Positions 36,262 through 46,817 are shown, counted from the first letter of the stretch. The stretch: DNA of 64,000 bases from a bacterium (GCA_037130015.1 JBAXTU010000002.1:1909-65908); one strand, 5' to 3'. Program-made: numbers and translations. Notes: a model not told the origin generated them from the sequence alone.

Positions 36262-38266
36262 TTTCTGTTTTTTAATTACAGCCATACCAGCCAATGCTAA
36301 TGACAATTCAAATTATACTTTATTGACCACCCGATATCCGCGAGTGGTCAATTTATATTGGAAAACACCCATAACTCAAGCTGAGGCCAAAAAACTGGCC
36401 AAGTGGGATATGTTGGCACTCTCCATGGATGCACAAATTGACAGCTCCGACTCCATAAAATATATCAGGCAATTAAATCCCAAAATAGTTATTTTGGCCT
36501 ATACCTCAGCTACCGAGATTCCGCTTGAAACTCGCCTAAATATTATGGAACCACATGGCCTTGGCCTTTGGCATGATCTTATTAGCGACATCAGTCCAGA
36601 GTGGTATCTAAAAACAACCGACGGGCAAAATATTTCTTGGTGGCCAGGCAATGTTTCTATGAATCTTTATGCTACGGACAAAAACGGTCGCACTTATGGG
36701 GATTATTTATCAGATTTTTTTGCCAAAAAAGTGCTCACCACCGGACTTTGGGATGGTTTGCTTTTTGACAACACTTGGCAGAATATTTCTTACATCAACA
36801 AAAAAATAGACATTGACGCAAATGGAGAAATTGATGCTCCGGAAAAAATTGACGGCTTATGGCATGAAAGTTATGAAAATTTATTTTCACAAATAAGAAA
36901 CCAAATCGGCGCCAAATATTTAATTATCGGCAATGGCGATGGCTATTATCAAACAAATACTAATGGCCGAATGTTTGAAGGTTTTCCCGAGATTGGCGAA
37001 GGCGGTTGGACAGGACAAATGCCAAAATATCAAGACAACATCATAGACGGCTATGTGCCACGAGTTAATATTATAAATTCAGACGCCAATAACACAGACA
37101 ATCAAAACGATTTTAAAGATATGCGCTATGGACTGTCCAACACTCTCATGGGCGACGGTTTTTACAGCTTTGATTACGGCCCGGACTTGCGTGAACAATT
37201 TTGGTGGTATGACGAATATGACGCCAATTTAGGACAACCGATTTCTACGCCATTTAATTTTTTTGATAAAAATAATGCCAGTCTCACGCCTAGCGTTTGG
37301 CAAAGAAATTTCTCCCAAGGCATTGTGCTAGTCAATTCAACAGAACAGCCACAAACCATAAATCTTGATCAGCCCTATGAAAAAATAAACGGCACTCAGG
37401 ATTTAAAAGTTAATAATGGAGAAACAATTGAAAGCGCCACTATCCCCGCTCATGACGGCCTGATTTTATTTAAACCTATTACCAGTCTTGATGATATTAT
37501 TTTTATAAATAATTATAATATCAAAATTTTCAGTGGCGATGGACGAAGCGTGCGCAAAATTTTTTCTATTGATGATCAAAATTTTGCAAGTAATTTAAAA
37601 ATTATTAATACCGACATTAATAATGATGGACAAGATGAAATAATTACCGCTGACAAAAATAAAATTTCCATCTATAACGCCGACCATAAATTAATAAACT
37701 ATTTTTATCCGCTTGGGACAAAATATACTGGGGGAATTTCTTTGGCCATTGGTGATTTGTCTGGCGACAAAAAAACAGAAATCGTAGTTGGTGGCGAAAC
37801 TGGCAATGCCAATCTAATAAAAATATTCAACACTTCAGGAAAACTATTGCGATCGTTTAATGCTTATAATAAAAATTATAAAAGCATTGGCGTGAATGTG
37901 GCTTTAGGAGACACTAATGGCGATGGCAAAATGGAAATTATCACTGGCGCTAGCTATGGCTATGCACCAATTATAAAAATTTTTAGTGATATGGGGAAAA
38001 TTTTAAACAATGGTTTTTTGGCTTATGACAACAAATTCAAAGGTGGAGTCAATGTGGCGTCTGGCAACATTAATAGCGATGGCCGGGCCGAAATTATCAC
38101 CGGCCCAGACCTTGGTGGCGGACCGCAAATTCGCACTTTTGATGCCAAAGGCAAACTATTAAACTCTTGGTGGGCTGGTGAAACCACTGGTAATCAAGGT
38201 ATTAAAATTGGCACAACAGATATTGACGGCGATGGCGAATCTGAAATTTTAACTTTTAAAAAATAA
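36236..38266 (+). CDS. secreted glycoside-hydrolase-like domain protein with C-terminal FG-GAP/VCBS beta-propeller repeats
   Basis: signal peptide MKKILLAISFCFLITAIPANA; repeated D-x-N/D-G-D-G-x-x-E-I motifs (DINNDGQDEIITA, GDTNGDGKMEIITG, NINSDGRAEIITG, DIDGDGESEIL). Confidence 0.65.
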   Translation: MKKILLAISFCFLITAIPANANDNSNYTLLTTRYPRVVNLYWKTPITQAEAKKLAKWDMLALSMDAQIDSSDSIKYIRQLNPKIVILAYTSATEIPLETRLNIMEPHGLGLWHDLISDISPEWYLKTTDGQNISWWPGNVSMNLYATDKNGRTYGDYLSDFFAKKVLTTGLWDGLLFDNTWQNISYINKKIDIDANGEIDAPEKIDGLWHESYENLFSQIRNQIGAKYLIIGNGDGYYQTNTNGRMFEGFPEIGEGGWTGQMPKYQDNIIDGYVPRVNIINSDANNTDNQNDFKDMRYGLSNTLMGDGFYSFDYGPDLREQFWWYDEYDANLGQPISTPFNFFDKNNASLTPSVWQRNFSQGIVLVNSTEQPQTINLDQPYEKINGTQDLKVNNGETIESATIPAHDGLILFKPITSLDDIIFINNYNIKIFSGDGRSVRKIFSIDDQNFASNLKIINTDINNDGQDEIITADKNKISIYNADHKLINYFYPLGTKYTGGISLAIGDLSGDKKTEIVVGGETGNANLIKIFNTSGKLLRSFNAYNKNYKSIGVNVALGDTNGDGKMEIITGASYGYAPIIKIFSDMGKILNNGFLAYDNKFKGGVNVASGNINSDGRAEIITGPDLGGGPQIRTFDAKGKLLNSWWAGETTGNQGIKIGTTDIDGDGESEILTFKK

Positions 38267-38312
38267 AATAATAGCTAAAATAAGCTAAAAAATACCAAAA
38301 AAATACTTCCCC

Positions 38313-38342
38313 TTGACAAAAAAACCTTTATTTGCTAATATA
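38313..38342 (+). promoter_or_regulatory. sigma70-like promoter TTGACA-18-TAATAT
   Basis: read from sequence; ~165 nt upstream of lipoprotein start. Confidence 0.5.
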
Positions 38343-38508
38343 CTTTATTAAACTTTTGTGGCTATTGCCCTATCATGGCAAAATTGCAAAAGATTAATGT
38401 TTGGACATTAACAACATAAGTGAGAAGTCGCAATAAACTCTGACAGAGCCCATCGCTCGACAGAGAATGTGACTTAAAAAAACAGCCCTACGGGCAAGGA
38501 GTAGTACC

Positions 38509-39822
38509 ATGAATAAGAATTTGTTTTTCGCAATGCTTGTAACCCTAACCGCAACCATTCTCATTGGTTGCCCACCCCCGGACACTAACCTGGCCACGAC
38601 ACTGAAAGTGACGGCCGACTTCTACAAGACGACCGCCCACGAGGGAGGAACGGACAGTTATCTGTTTTCTCTAGACGGTGCCAATAATCAAGTGTCCGCC
38701 ACCCAACCAACCAACGGCGCCGACTACTTCATTTTAAGTATTGAGGCGGTCAATAGTGCCAACATACCGGCAGACTTTTCCTGGGACGTGTCCGTCTCGG
38801 AAAACGACGGACCACTACTTCCATTATCTGGGAAGTTCGGGGCTGGCGACGGTGACGCGAAGCTAAGGCTTTACCTTGAGGACTTTTCCTCTGAATTCAC
38901 GATAGTTGTAAATTCCAAGGCCGGCCAACAGAACTCTGATGGAGTAAATCTCAGCGAATGGAAACAGTCGCGGACGATTTCACTCTCACAGTCTGTTGCC
39001 AAAAAACCAACAGAAGGTGAAGGTGAAGGTGAAGGTGAAGCAGTGGTAGCTGGATTACCAGTCATCACAACCCAACCTCCAGCCACTTTGTCGGCCGATG
39101 TTGGTGAACAAGTGACCATTAGCCTGACAGCTACTGGCGCCACTTCGTATCAGTGGTACGACAATAGTGTCGCTATTACCGAGGCAAATTGGCCAGAAAT
39201 AGCCAAATATTCCTCAGGATGGAATACCAATACATTGGTGATCTTTTCCTGCGGAACGCTAAACGCTGGTTTTTATCAGTGTAAGGTCACAAATTCCGCT
39301 GGGACAATACTTTCCAGTGGATGTAAACTGACCATAACTAATGGAAACGGTGCGGTCACTGAAGGTGAGGGTGAAGGCGAAGGCGAAACTGGAGGAGGTA
39401 CTCCCCCTGGAAGTGACGGTGGACGAGTCAAAGTAAATTTGACCGCCACAGCCGGAGCAAAAACTCTAACAGGAGTTTTTGATAACTTCTCCAGCAAGGA
39501 TTTTTCATCCTTGTTTATTAACGGCACTGGTATAACAATGGGATCAGGACTACAGATAAAACTGTGCCTGTTCTATATTGAAAAACCAGGCAACGGTTCC
39601 CAACCAGCCAAGACCATCACTGGAACAGTAGCCAGTGACGGCAAAACAATCACCTGGGATCTGGGAGGATTGACCACGGATGCGGTCAAGACCAACTGGA
39701 AAATAACTATGATAGCCGTTACCAGTAGCAAAGAATACTGGTTAAATACCGGTATGCTAGATGCTTTCTGGAACGGCACTATTATGAGCCGTCTATCAGA
39801 TGGCAACTACGCTGGGTCATAA
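38509..39822 (+). CDS. lipoprotein with Ig-like (I-set) domain and short (EG)n linkers
   Basis: lipobox LIGC; ITTQPPATLSADVGEQVTISLTATGATSYQWYDNS...GFYQCKV Ig-like domain; EGEGEGE tracts; GC-rich. Confidence 0.75.
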   Translation: MNKNLFFAMLVTLTATILIGCPPPDTNLATTLKVTADFYKTTAHEGGTDSYLFSLDGANNQVSATQPTNGADYFILSIEAVNSANIPADFSWDVSVSENDGPLLPLSGKFGAGDGDAKLRLYLEDFSSEFTIVVNSKAGQQNSDGVNLSEWKQSRTISLSQSVAKKPTEGEGEGEGEAVVAGLPVITTQPPATLSADVGEQVTISLTATGATSYQWYDNSVAITEANWPEIAKYSSGWNTNTLVIFSCGTLNAGFYQCKVTNSAGTILSSGCKLTITNGNGAVTEGEGEGEGETGGGTPPGSDGGRVKVNLTATAGAKTLTGVFDNFSSKDFSSLFINGTGITMGSGLQIKLCLFYIEKPGNGSQPAKTITGTVASDGKTITWDLGGLTTDAVKTNWKITMIAVTSSKEYWLNTGMLDAFWNGTIMSRLSDGNYAGS

Positions 39823-39883
39823 ACCCAGCCCAACAAAAAGGGTAAATGACTTTCCCTAAACAAGTCATAAATTCGCACAAACC

Positions 39884-39917
39884 CGCGGAGAACACAAGTT
39901 GTTCTCCGCTTTTTTTT
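39884..39917 (+). terminator. intrinsic terminator
   Basis: gcggagaaca-caag-ttgttctccgc 10-bp stem + TTTTTTTT. Confidence 0.65.
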
Positions 39918-39968
39918 ATTTAAATTTAAACAAAATATACACAAAATTATAAATTAAAAAATTAGCTA

Positions 39969-39997
39969 TTGACAAAAATACTAATCAATGCTATACT
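39969..39997 (+). promoter_or_regulatory. sigma70-like promoter TTGACA-17-TATACT
   Basis: read from sequence. Confidence 0.5.
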
Positions 39998-40130
39998 TTT
40001 CTATTAAATGGTTTTAATAAAAAGCCATTTAAAGCCCCTTACAATTTGGAGCTTACGGACCGTTTCCCTGTCGGAAACGGACTAGTTTGTGTAAAAGAAA
40101 AAAAACAAAGAAACAACAAGGAGAGCAAAA

Positions 40131-42551
40131 ATGAAGAAAATGATGAGTATTGCAACACTGTTGGTAATCGTGATCATAATCACCGGTTGCCCCGCCCCCC
40201 AAACCACGTCCAATAGTAGCCAAACCGGCACCAACGGACAGACCGACACAACCGGCGCCAAAACAGCGCCAAAGTTCACGCTACAGCCAATCCCCCAGAC
40301 AAAAAATCCTGGGGAAACAGCTGAATTTTCTGTTGAAGTGACTGGCACACCAAAGCCAGTACTACAATGGCAGAAAGATGGCAAAGTTATTAGTGGTGCA
40401 ACCACTAACAAACTAACCATCGCTTCTGTTAAGCCGACTGACGAAGGCGAATACAACGCCAAGGCAGCCAGCACAGAAGGTTTTGCGGACTCGGCAGTGG
40501 CTTACCTTTGGGTAAATAAAGCACCTGCCATAACACTGCAACCATCCAACATCATCGCCAAAATTGGCGAGGCAGTGCAGTTCAGTGTGGTCGCCACAGG
40601 CACAGCACCACTCTCCTACCAATGGAGAAAGGGTGCTATACCAATTAGCGACGGCACGAACTCCAATCTCCTAATGTCAAATATTCAGCTGACTGATGTA
40701 GGAGAGTATTGGTGTGAGGTCAGCAATGCCATAGGGCATGTTGACTCCAACACCGCATCTCTCACAATTCAAACTGCTGAAGTCGAAGGAGAGGGAGAGG
40801 GAGAAGGCGAAGGAGAGGGAGAGGGAGAAGGCGAAGGAGAGGGAGAGGGAGAAGGCGAAGGTGAAGGTGAAGGTGAAGGCGAAGGTGAAGGTGAAGGTGA
40901 AGGCGAAGGCATTGCCCCAACCATCACTGGTCAGCCAAGTGATGTAACGGCCACAGTTGGCCAAGCAATACAATTTAGTATCACTGCAACCGGTACAGAA
41001 CCTTTGACCTACCAATGGAGAAAGGGTGCTACAACGGTTAGCAGTGCTACAACCTGTGCGCTGCAACTTTCCAACGTCCAATTAACTGACGCGGGAGATT
41101 ACTGGTGCCAAGTCACCAACCCCATCAATCGTGCCGACTCCAACCCCGCAACCCTCACAGTCAATCCGGCTGTTGAAGGCGAAGGTGAAGGTGAAGGTGA
41201 AGGCGAAGGTGAAGGTGAAGGCGAAGGTGAAGGTGAAGGTGAAGGTGAAGGCGAAGGCGAAGGCGAAGGTGAAGGCGAAGGCGAAGGCATTGCCCCAACC
41301 ATCACTGATCAACCAGTCGGTCAAACCATCAATGAAGGCGGTACGCTGACATTGACAGTGACAGCTACTGGTACGGCGCCACTTGCTTATCAATGGTCCA
41401 ATAATGGCCAGGCAATAAGCGGTGCCACTTTTGCCACATACTCAACACTTCTAGCCGATTCATCGGACGAAGGAAAGTATCGTTGCAAGGTGACGAACAC
41501 TGTCGGCAATGCAACTTCTGACACAGCCAGGGTCTATATCAATGGCAAAGCAGAAGTTCGTATTTCTTATGCTGGTAGTGGAGAAACCTGGTTCTTGGCA
41601 GATTTCAATCCCAATGGACAAACGTTAGAAACGTTTATGTCATCAGATGTTAATACTGATGAAAGTCCGAAGGACATCACTGCTGTCGGGATAGTGGCTA
41701 TGAAAAACGACTATACCATGGAACCGATGGGAGTAGATGGTCTACCAACATCAGCACCGACCGAAGGGTTAGTTTTTGATGGTAAAGGAGTCTATGACTC
41801 GGCCGGCCAAGCACGCGCCGACAGAGCATATGATCCGGCAAAAACTTACAAAATATATTTGGTCTTTCAGATCAAAAACCCAAACACTGGCGTTTCTAGG
41901 ATGCTGATTGGAAACAACAGCATGATCAAGATGACACTGAACGGTGTAGCACTAGCCATGAGCGATGGGTCAAACTATGACCTCAAACTCGGTAGTGCAA
42001 TAATATTAATTAAACCAATCATCACAACTAAACCTCCAGTCAGTTCGTCAGTTGCCACCAATGGCAGTCTGACATTGGAAATCAATGTTGCTATCAACGA
42101 ACCATTGGTATACCAGTGGTACAAAAATGACATCATTGTCGTTGACAGCCCAGCCTCGGCACCGCATATCAGCGGAGCCATGACCGACACACTGATTATC
42201 AGCAACGCCCAACCGGCCGACACTGGTAAGTATACCTGTGTGGTCAACAACGGAGCTGGCGAAACTGTTTCTGCCGAAGCCACGGTGACTGTCACTGGAG
42301 CAAGCGCCCTACCAAGGATTGCTCTAAACCCGACGAGTCAAACCGTCAACCCAAACACTGCTGTCACTTTTTCAGTGAATGCAGAGGGTGGAGTTGGTAC
42401 TCTCGGGTATCAGTGGTTCAAGGTTGTTGGCTCAACCGATCCAATACCGGTGCCCACAGCAACGACCAACAAGCTGGTCATCAGCAACACGACCGATGCG
42501 GATGAGGCAGGCTACTTCTGCCGAGTCTACAACGGCACTATAGTGTCGTAA
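40131..42551 (+). CDS. large lipoprotein with at least five Ig I-set-like domains separated by long (Glu-Gly)n linkers
   Basis: lipobox ITGC; repeated W-x-K-(D)G...D-x-G-x-Y-x-C pattern ([13 protein letters not shown]...DEGEYNA; [13 protein letters not shown]...DVGEYWCEV, x3); two EG tracts of ~21 and ~19 pairs. Confidence 0.8.
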   Translation: MKKMMSIATLLVIVIIITGCPAPQTTSNSSQTGTNGQTDTTGAKTAPKFTLQPIPQTKNPGETAEFSVEVTGTPKPVLQWQKDGKVISGATTNKLTIASVKPTDEGEYNAKAASTEGFADSAVAYLWVNKAPAITLQPSNIIAKIGEAVQFSVVATGTAPLSYQWRKGAIPISDGTNSNLLMSNIQLTDVGEYWCEVSNAIGHVDSNTASLTIQTAEVEGEGEGEGEGEGEGEGEGEGEGEGEGEGEGEGEGEGEGEGEGIAPTITGQPSDVTATVGQAIQFSITATGTEPLTYQWRKGATTVSSATTCALQLSNVQLTDAGDYWCQVTNPINRADSNPATLTVNPAVEGEGEGEGEGEGEGEGEGEGEGEGEGEGEGEGEGEGEGIAPTITDQPVGQTINEGGTLTLTVTATGTAPLAYQWSNNGQAISGATFATYSTLLADSSDEGKYRCKVTNTVGNATSDTARVYINGKAEVRISYAGSGETWFLADFNPNGQTLETFMSSDVNTDESPKDITAVGIVAMKNDYTMEPMGVDGLPTSAPTEGLVFDGKGVYDSAGQARADRAYDPAKTYKIYLVFQIKNPNTGVSRMLIGNNSMIKMTLNGVALAMSDGSNYDLKLGSAIILIKPIITTKPPVSSSVATNGSLTLEINVAINEPLVYQWYKNDIIVVDSPASAPHISGAMTDTLIISNAQPADTGKYTCVVNNGAGETVSAEATVTVTGASALPRIALNPTSQTVNPNTAVTFSVNAEGGVGTLGYQWFKVVGSTDPIPVPTATTNKLVISNTTDADEAGYFCRVYNGTIVS
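40785..40910 (+). repeat. (GAR-GGN)21 simple-sequence tract encoding (Glu-Gly)21
   Basis: read directly. Confidence 0.9.
41175..41288 (+). repeat. (GAR-GGN)19 simple-sequence tract encoding (Glu-Gly)19
   Basis: read directly. Confidence 0.9.
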
Positions 42552-42587
42552 GCTTCAACGGCCCAATATAATGGGCCAAAACAACAC

Positions 42588-42637
42588 ACAGCCAACAAAA
42601 ATCCTACTGGATATTTGTTGGCTGTTTTTCTTTTTTG
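42588..42637 (+). terminator. intrinsic terminator
   Basis: 12-bp stem acagccaacaaa/tttgttggctgt + TTTTTCTTTTTT. Confidence 0.65.
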
Positions 42638-42672
42638 TCTAAATTTAGACAAAAAAGAAAAACCAACGACTC

Positions 42673-42701
42673 TTGACAAAATCATACAAACTTGATAACA
42701 T
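42673..42701 (+). promoter_or_regulatory. sigma70-like promoter TTGACA-17-TAACAT
   Basis: read from sequence, 20 bp upstream of GT gene. Confidence 0.5.
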
Positions 42702-42720
42702 TTAGTGTTAAATAGAATAT

Positions 42721-43863
42721 ATGAAAATAGCATTAATCGGACAAAAAGGCATCCCTGCCAAACAAGGCGGTGTTGAAAAACACGTTCAAGAACTGAGCAC
42801 TCGTTTAGCTCAGGCTGGTTTTGATGTGACTGCCTACTGCCGTCCGCATTATACTGGAGAAAAAAAGAAAAATTACAAAAAAGTAAAAATTGTTAATTTA
42901 CCATCAATCAATACCAAACATCTTGATGCTATCAGCCATACTTTCCTGGCAACCATTCATTCATTATTTCAAAATTATGACATTATTCATTATCACGGCG
43001 TGGGTCCTTCTTTACTTTCGTGGATCCCAAGGTTGTTAAATCCAAAAACCAAAGTGATTGTCACTTTTCATTCAGTGGATAGAAAACAGCAAAAATGGGG
43101 TTTGTTTGCCAGAGTCATGCTGACTGTTGGCGAATGGACTGCTTGCCATTTTCCTCATGAGACTATTACTATTTCTCAGACCTTGCAAAAATATTGCTTA
43201 TTCAAATTTGATACCGAAACTATTTATATTCCTAATGGAGTCCAAATTTCTAATCAAAAAAAGAAAAAGGCTATTTTAGAACAATACGGCCTAGAACCAA
43301 AAAAATATTTTCTGGTGGCTTCAAGACTAGTCAAACATAAAGGCATTCAAACCTTGATCAAGGCTTATCAAAAAATAAAAACAGACAAAAAATTAGTCAT
43401 CGTTGGTGGCGGATCAAACACCGGCAACTTTACTGAGGAATTGAAAAACTTGGCCAGACCTACCAGCAATATTGTCTTTACTGGAGAACAAGTCGGACTT
43501 GAACTGGAAACCTTATTCAGAAATGCTTATTTGTTTGTCCAGCCGTCAGAAGCCGAGGGTTTATCAATTGCCCTATTAGAAGCCATGTCTTATGGACTGC
43601 CAGTCATTGTCAGCGATATTGAAGAAAATCTAGAAGCCATGGATGGCCACGGTTTGTCTTTCAAAAACAAAAATGTCAATGATTTATCCAGACAGCTTAA
43701 TTTTGCCATCAAACATCCGATAATTATTTCTAAAAATGCCAAATTGGCCAAACGTCAAACAGATAAAAAATATAATTGGGATGATATTGTCAGTCGCACT
43801 ATTGGTTTATATGAACAAACAATTATCAGTGACAAACAATTAGTCCTGCAAAAAGCTAAATAA
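42721..43863 (+). CDS. glycosyltransferase family 1
   Basis: MKIALIGQKGIPAKQGGVEKHV N-terminus; C-terminal EAEGLSIALLEAMSYGLPVI GT1 motif. Confidence 0.8.
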   Translation: MKIALIGQKGIPAKQGGVEKHVQELSTRLAQAGFDVTAYCRPHYTGEKKKNYKKVKIVNLPSINTKHLDAISHTFLATIHSLFQNYDIIHYHGVGPSLLSWIPRLLNPKTKVIVTFHSVDRKQQKWGLFARVMLTVGEWTACHFPHETITISQTLQKYCLFKFDTETIYIPNGVQISNQKKKKAILEQYGLEPKKYFLVASRLVKHKGIQTLIKAYQKIKTDKKLVIVGGGSNTGNFTEELKNLARPTSNIVFTGEQVGLELETLFRNAYLFVQPSEAEGLSIALLEAMSYGLPVIVSDIEENLEAMDGHGLSFKNKNVNDLSRQLNFAIKHPIIISKNAKLAKRQTDKKYNWDDIVSRTIGLYEQTIISDKQLVLQKAK

Positions 43864-43873
43864 CACTTCAAAA

Positions 43874-43905
43874 ATCCGTCCGCTACATGCGGGCGGATTT
43901 TTTTG
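43874..43905 (+). terminator. intrinsic terminator
   Basis: atccgtccgc-tacat-gcgggcggat + TTTTTTT. Confidence 0.6.
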
Positions 43906-43946
43906 TTGGCAAACAACTATTGTTTTATGGTATAATTATATTAATA

Positions 43947-43965
43947 ATTCGCCAGCTGGCAAATC
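43947..43965. promoter_or_regulatory. 19-nt motif AATTCGCCAGCTGGCAAAT (palindromic core GCCAGCTGGC) upstream of pilB
   Basis: near-identical copy AATTCGCCAGTTGGCAAAT at 57040..57058 upstream of pyrG. Confidence 0.3.
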
Positions 43966-43979
43966 AACAATCATAACTT

Positions 43980-45707
43980 ATGATCAACCAAAAGGAACTG
44001 GAACAAATTTTGTTGCAAAACAAAATTACTGATGAAGCCAAACTAAAAGAATACAACGAAAGCGCCAAAAAAGTAGGCTCGACTTTGGAGTTTTTTTTAT
44101 TGAATCAAAAAATCATCACAGCAGATTTACTATACGAAACAGCTGCCAAATTCTATAACCTGCCTTTTATTGATTTAAAAGACAAAGTAATTCGTCCAGA
44201 TGTTTTATCCATTATTCCAGAAGTGACGGCTCAAGCACATCAAACAGTGGCCTTTGACCAAAAAGACAAAGAACTATTCATAGCCACTTTAAATATTTCC
44301 AATTTGGAATTGTTTGATTTTTTAAAAAGAAAAACCGGCTTTGAATTAAAATTAAATCTTGCATCTCCAGATAGTATCGATGAAGCCATCAAGCAATACC
44401 ACAAAGGATTATCAATAGAATTGGAAAAAATAAACAAAGACAACACAGCAGAAAATGCGGACAAACCACAAAAATTAAAAGATCTGGCCCAAGATTTGCC
44501 AATTGTCAAAATCGTAGACACCATGCTGGAATATGCTATTTTTGAAAAAGCCTCTGATATCCACATTGAACCAGAAGAAAAAGATGTGGCCATTCGCTAC
44601 CGTATTGATGGTATTTTACGCAGTGTCATGACCCTACCAAAAAACACTCACGCCGGCGTGGTGGCTCGCCTCAAAATATTATCCAATTTAAAACTTGACG
44701 AACATCGCCTGCCCCAAGACGGCCGTTTCAAAATAGATAGAGAAAATACTCAAGTTGCTTTCCGTGTTTCCATTTTGCCAACTTTTGATGGTGAAAAAAT
44801 AGTTTTGCGTTTATTGCCCGATCAAGATCAAGGTTTGACTTTGGAGCAATTGGGCTTTCAACCTCAAATTTTAGAAATGGTCAAAAAAAATATTGGCAAG
44901 CCAAACGGCATGATTTTGGTGACTGGCCCAACTGGATCTGGCAAAACCACCACACTTTATACGATGCTTCATATTCTCAATCGCCCTGAAGTTAATATTT
45001 CTACTGTTGAAGATCCAATTGAATATCGCATGCCAGGTGTCAACCAAAGCCAAGTCCAACCTAAAATAGGTTTCACTTTTGCCAGTGGATTGCGCGCCCT
45101 GCTTCGCCAAGACCCAAATATAATCATGGTGGGAGAAATTCGTGACCAAGAAACAGCCGAGATTTCCATTAATGCTGCCATGACTGGCCATTTGGTTTTG
45201 TCCACTCTGCACACCAACGACGCCATCACAGCCATTCCCAGATTGACAGACATGCAAGTGCCAACATTTTTAATTTCATCCACTCTTAATATTATTATTG
45301 CTCAGCGTTTGGTACGCAAAATTTGCAAAAATTGTATTGAGAGTTATCAACTTGATGAAAATAGTATCAAAGAATTAGAAAGGCAATTTAATTTGGCTGA
45401 AGTGTCAAAATCGCTCACCGAAAAAGGCCTGTTAGTCGCGGGCCAAGATATCAAAACCGTACTTTTTTATCGTGGCAAAGGTTGCCATCAATGCGGAGAT
45501 AGTGGCTACAAAGGACGACTTGGCATTTATGAAGCTTTTGAAAATAACAACAAAATAAGCGAATTAATTATTAAAAAAGCCTCACGAGAAGAATTGGAAA
45601 AAATTGTTTTAGAACAAGGCATGATTACTATGGCCATAGACGGTTTTATTAAGGCCAAAAACGGCATCACTTCTATTGAGGAAGTGCTTCGTGTCACTAG
45701 AGAATAA
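43980..45707 (+). CDS. pilB: type IV pilus assembly ATPase PilB (GspE family)
   Basis: 575 aa; Walker A GPTGSGKTTTLYTM; tetracysteine CKNC...CHQC. Confidence 0.95.
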   Translation: MINQKELEQILLQNKITDEAKLKEYNESAKKVGSTLEFFLLNQKIITADLLYETAAKFYNLPFIDLKDKVIRPDVLSIIPEVTAQAHQTVAFDQKDKELFIATLNISNLELFDFLKRKTGFELKLNLASPDSIDEAIKQYHKGLSIELEKINKDNTAENADKPQKLKDLAQDLPIVKIVDTMLEYAIFEKASDIHIEPEEKDVAIRYRIDGILRSVMTLPKNTHAGVVARLKILSNLKLDEHRLPQDGRFKIDRENTQVAFRVSILPTFDGEKIVLRLLPDQDQGLTLEQLGFQPQILEMVKKNIGKPNGMILVTGPTGSGKTTTLYTMLHILNRPEVNISTVEDPIEYRMPGVNQSQVQPKIGFTFASGLRALLRQDPNIIMVGEIRDQETAEISINAAMTGHLVLSTLHTNDAITAIPRLTDMQVPTFLISSTLNIIIAQRLVRKICKNCIESYQLDENSIKELERQFNLAEVSKSLTEKGLLVAGQDIKTVLFYRGKGCHQCGDSGYKGRLGIYEAFENNNKISELIIKKASREELEKIVLEQGMITMAIDGFIKAKNGITSIEEVLRVTRE

Positions 45708-45724
45708 AAATAAAAATAAATCAA

Positions 45725-46807
45725 ATGACCAGTCTCAACAACCTAAGCGATAAATTTATTATGAAATTCGCCAGAGTACCAATCTCCGGCAAAATATTCT
45801 TTTTACAAAATTTATCAGTCATGATCAAGGCTGGTGTGCCTTTGGATCAAGCCCTAAAAACACTTGGCGAACAAGGTAAAAATCGCAAGTTAGAAATGAT
45901 TATCAATGAAATGATTATCAAAGTTAATCAGGGCAAAAGTTTCTCTGAAAGCCTAGAACCATACAAATATGACTTTGGCGAAATGTTCATAAACATGATT
46001 AAAGCTGGTGAAGCTGGCGGAAATTTGGAAAGCGTCCTACAAAAACTTTATTTACAAACCAAACGAGATCATACTGTCAGATCAAAAATAAAAAATGCCC
46101 TCACCTACCCAGCCATAATTATTGTGGCCATGGTCTTTATTGCTTTTTTCATGGCTTTTTTCGTTTTACCAAATATTACCAAAATGTTTGCCGACATCAA
46201 CACTCAATTGCCACTAGTCACTAGAGTACTTATTGGCTTTTCTGATTTTTGCCAAAACAATGTCGTGGCAATTATAATTGTTTGCTCCTTGCTAGTTTTG
46301 GGATTCATTGAAGCCATGCGCACCAAGCGTGGCCGGCATATTTTTGATTTAATACTACTAGAAATTCCAATTGTCTCTGGTATTATCAAAAAAATCAATC
46401 TAGCTTCTCTGGCCAGAAATTTAAGCTCGCTCATTCAAACAGATATTCCAATTGATCAAAGTCTAGTAATTACTTCTCGTGTTCTTAATAACTCGGTTTT
46501 TCGCTTGGCTCTAGCTGAAGCAGCCGAACAAGTAAAAAAAGGTAAGAAACTTGATTTAATTTTAAAAAATAACAAAAAAATATTTCCACCACTTCTCATT
46601 CAAATGATCGCTATTGGTGAAGAAACAGGATCATTAGAAGAAATTTTGCAAAACCTTGCTGATTTTTATGAAGAAGATGTCTCACAAACCATGGACACTT
46701 TACCCACCATTATTGAACCAGTTTTAATGTTAACCATCGGCATAGGCGTGGCCGGTATTGCTCTGGCTATTCTGATGCCTATTTATTCCCTCAGCTCCAG
46801 TATTTAA
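45725..46807 (+). CDS. pilC: type IV pilus platform protein PilC (GspF family)
   Basis: 360 aa, three TM, duplicated GspF domain. Confidence 0.9.
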   Translation: MTSLNNLSDKFIMKFARVPISGKIFFLQNLSVMIKAGVPLDQALKTLGEQGKNRKLEMIINEMIIKVNQGKSFSESLEPYKYDFGEMFINMIKAGEAGGNLESVLQKLYLQTKRDHTVRSKIKNALTYPAIIIVAMVFIAFFMAFFVLPNITKMFADINTQLPLVTRVLIGFSDFCQNNVVAIIIVCSLLVLGFIEAMRTKRGRHIFDLILLEIPIVSGIIKKINLASLARNLSSLIQTDIPIDQSLVITSRVLNNSVFRLALAEAAEQVKKGKKLDLILKNNKKIFPPLLIQMIAIGEETGSLEEILQNLADFYEEDVSQTMDTLPTIIEPVLMLTIGIGVAGIALAILMPIYSLSSSI

Positions 46808-46817
46808 TTTAGCTTGA

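Noticed and set aside
40785-41288. Possible CRISPR array suggested by regular short repeats
   Set aside because: The repeats are in-frame GAR-GGN codon repeats encoding (Glu-Gly)n within a long ORF. There are no spacers of unique sequence and no cas genes.
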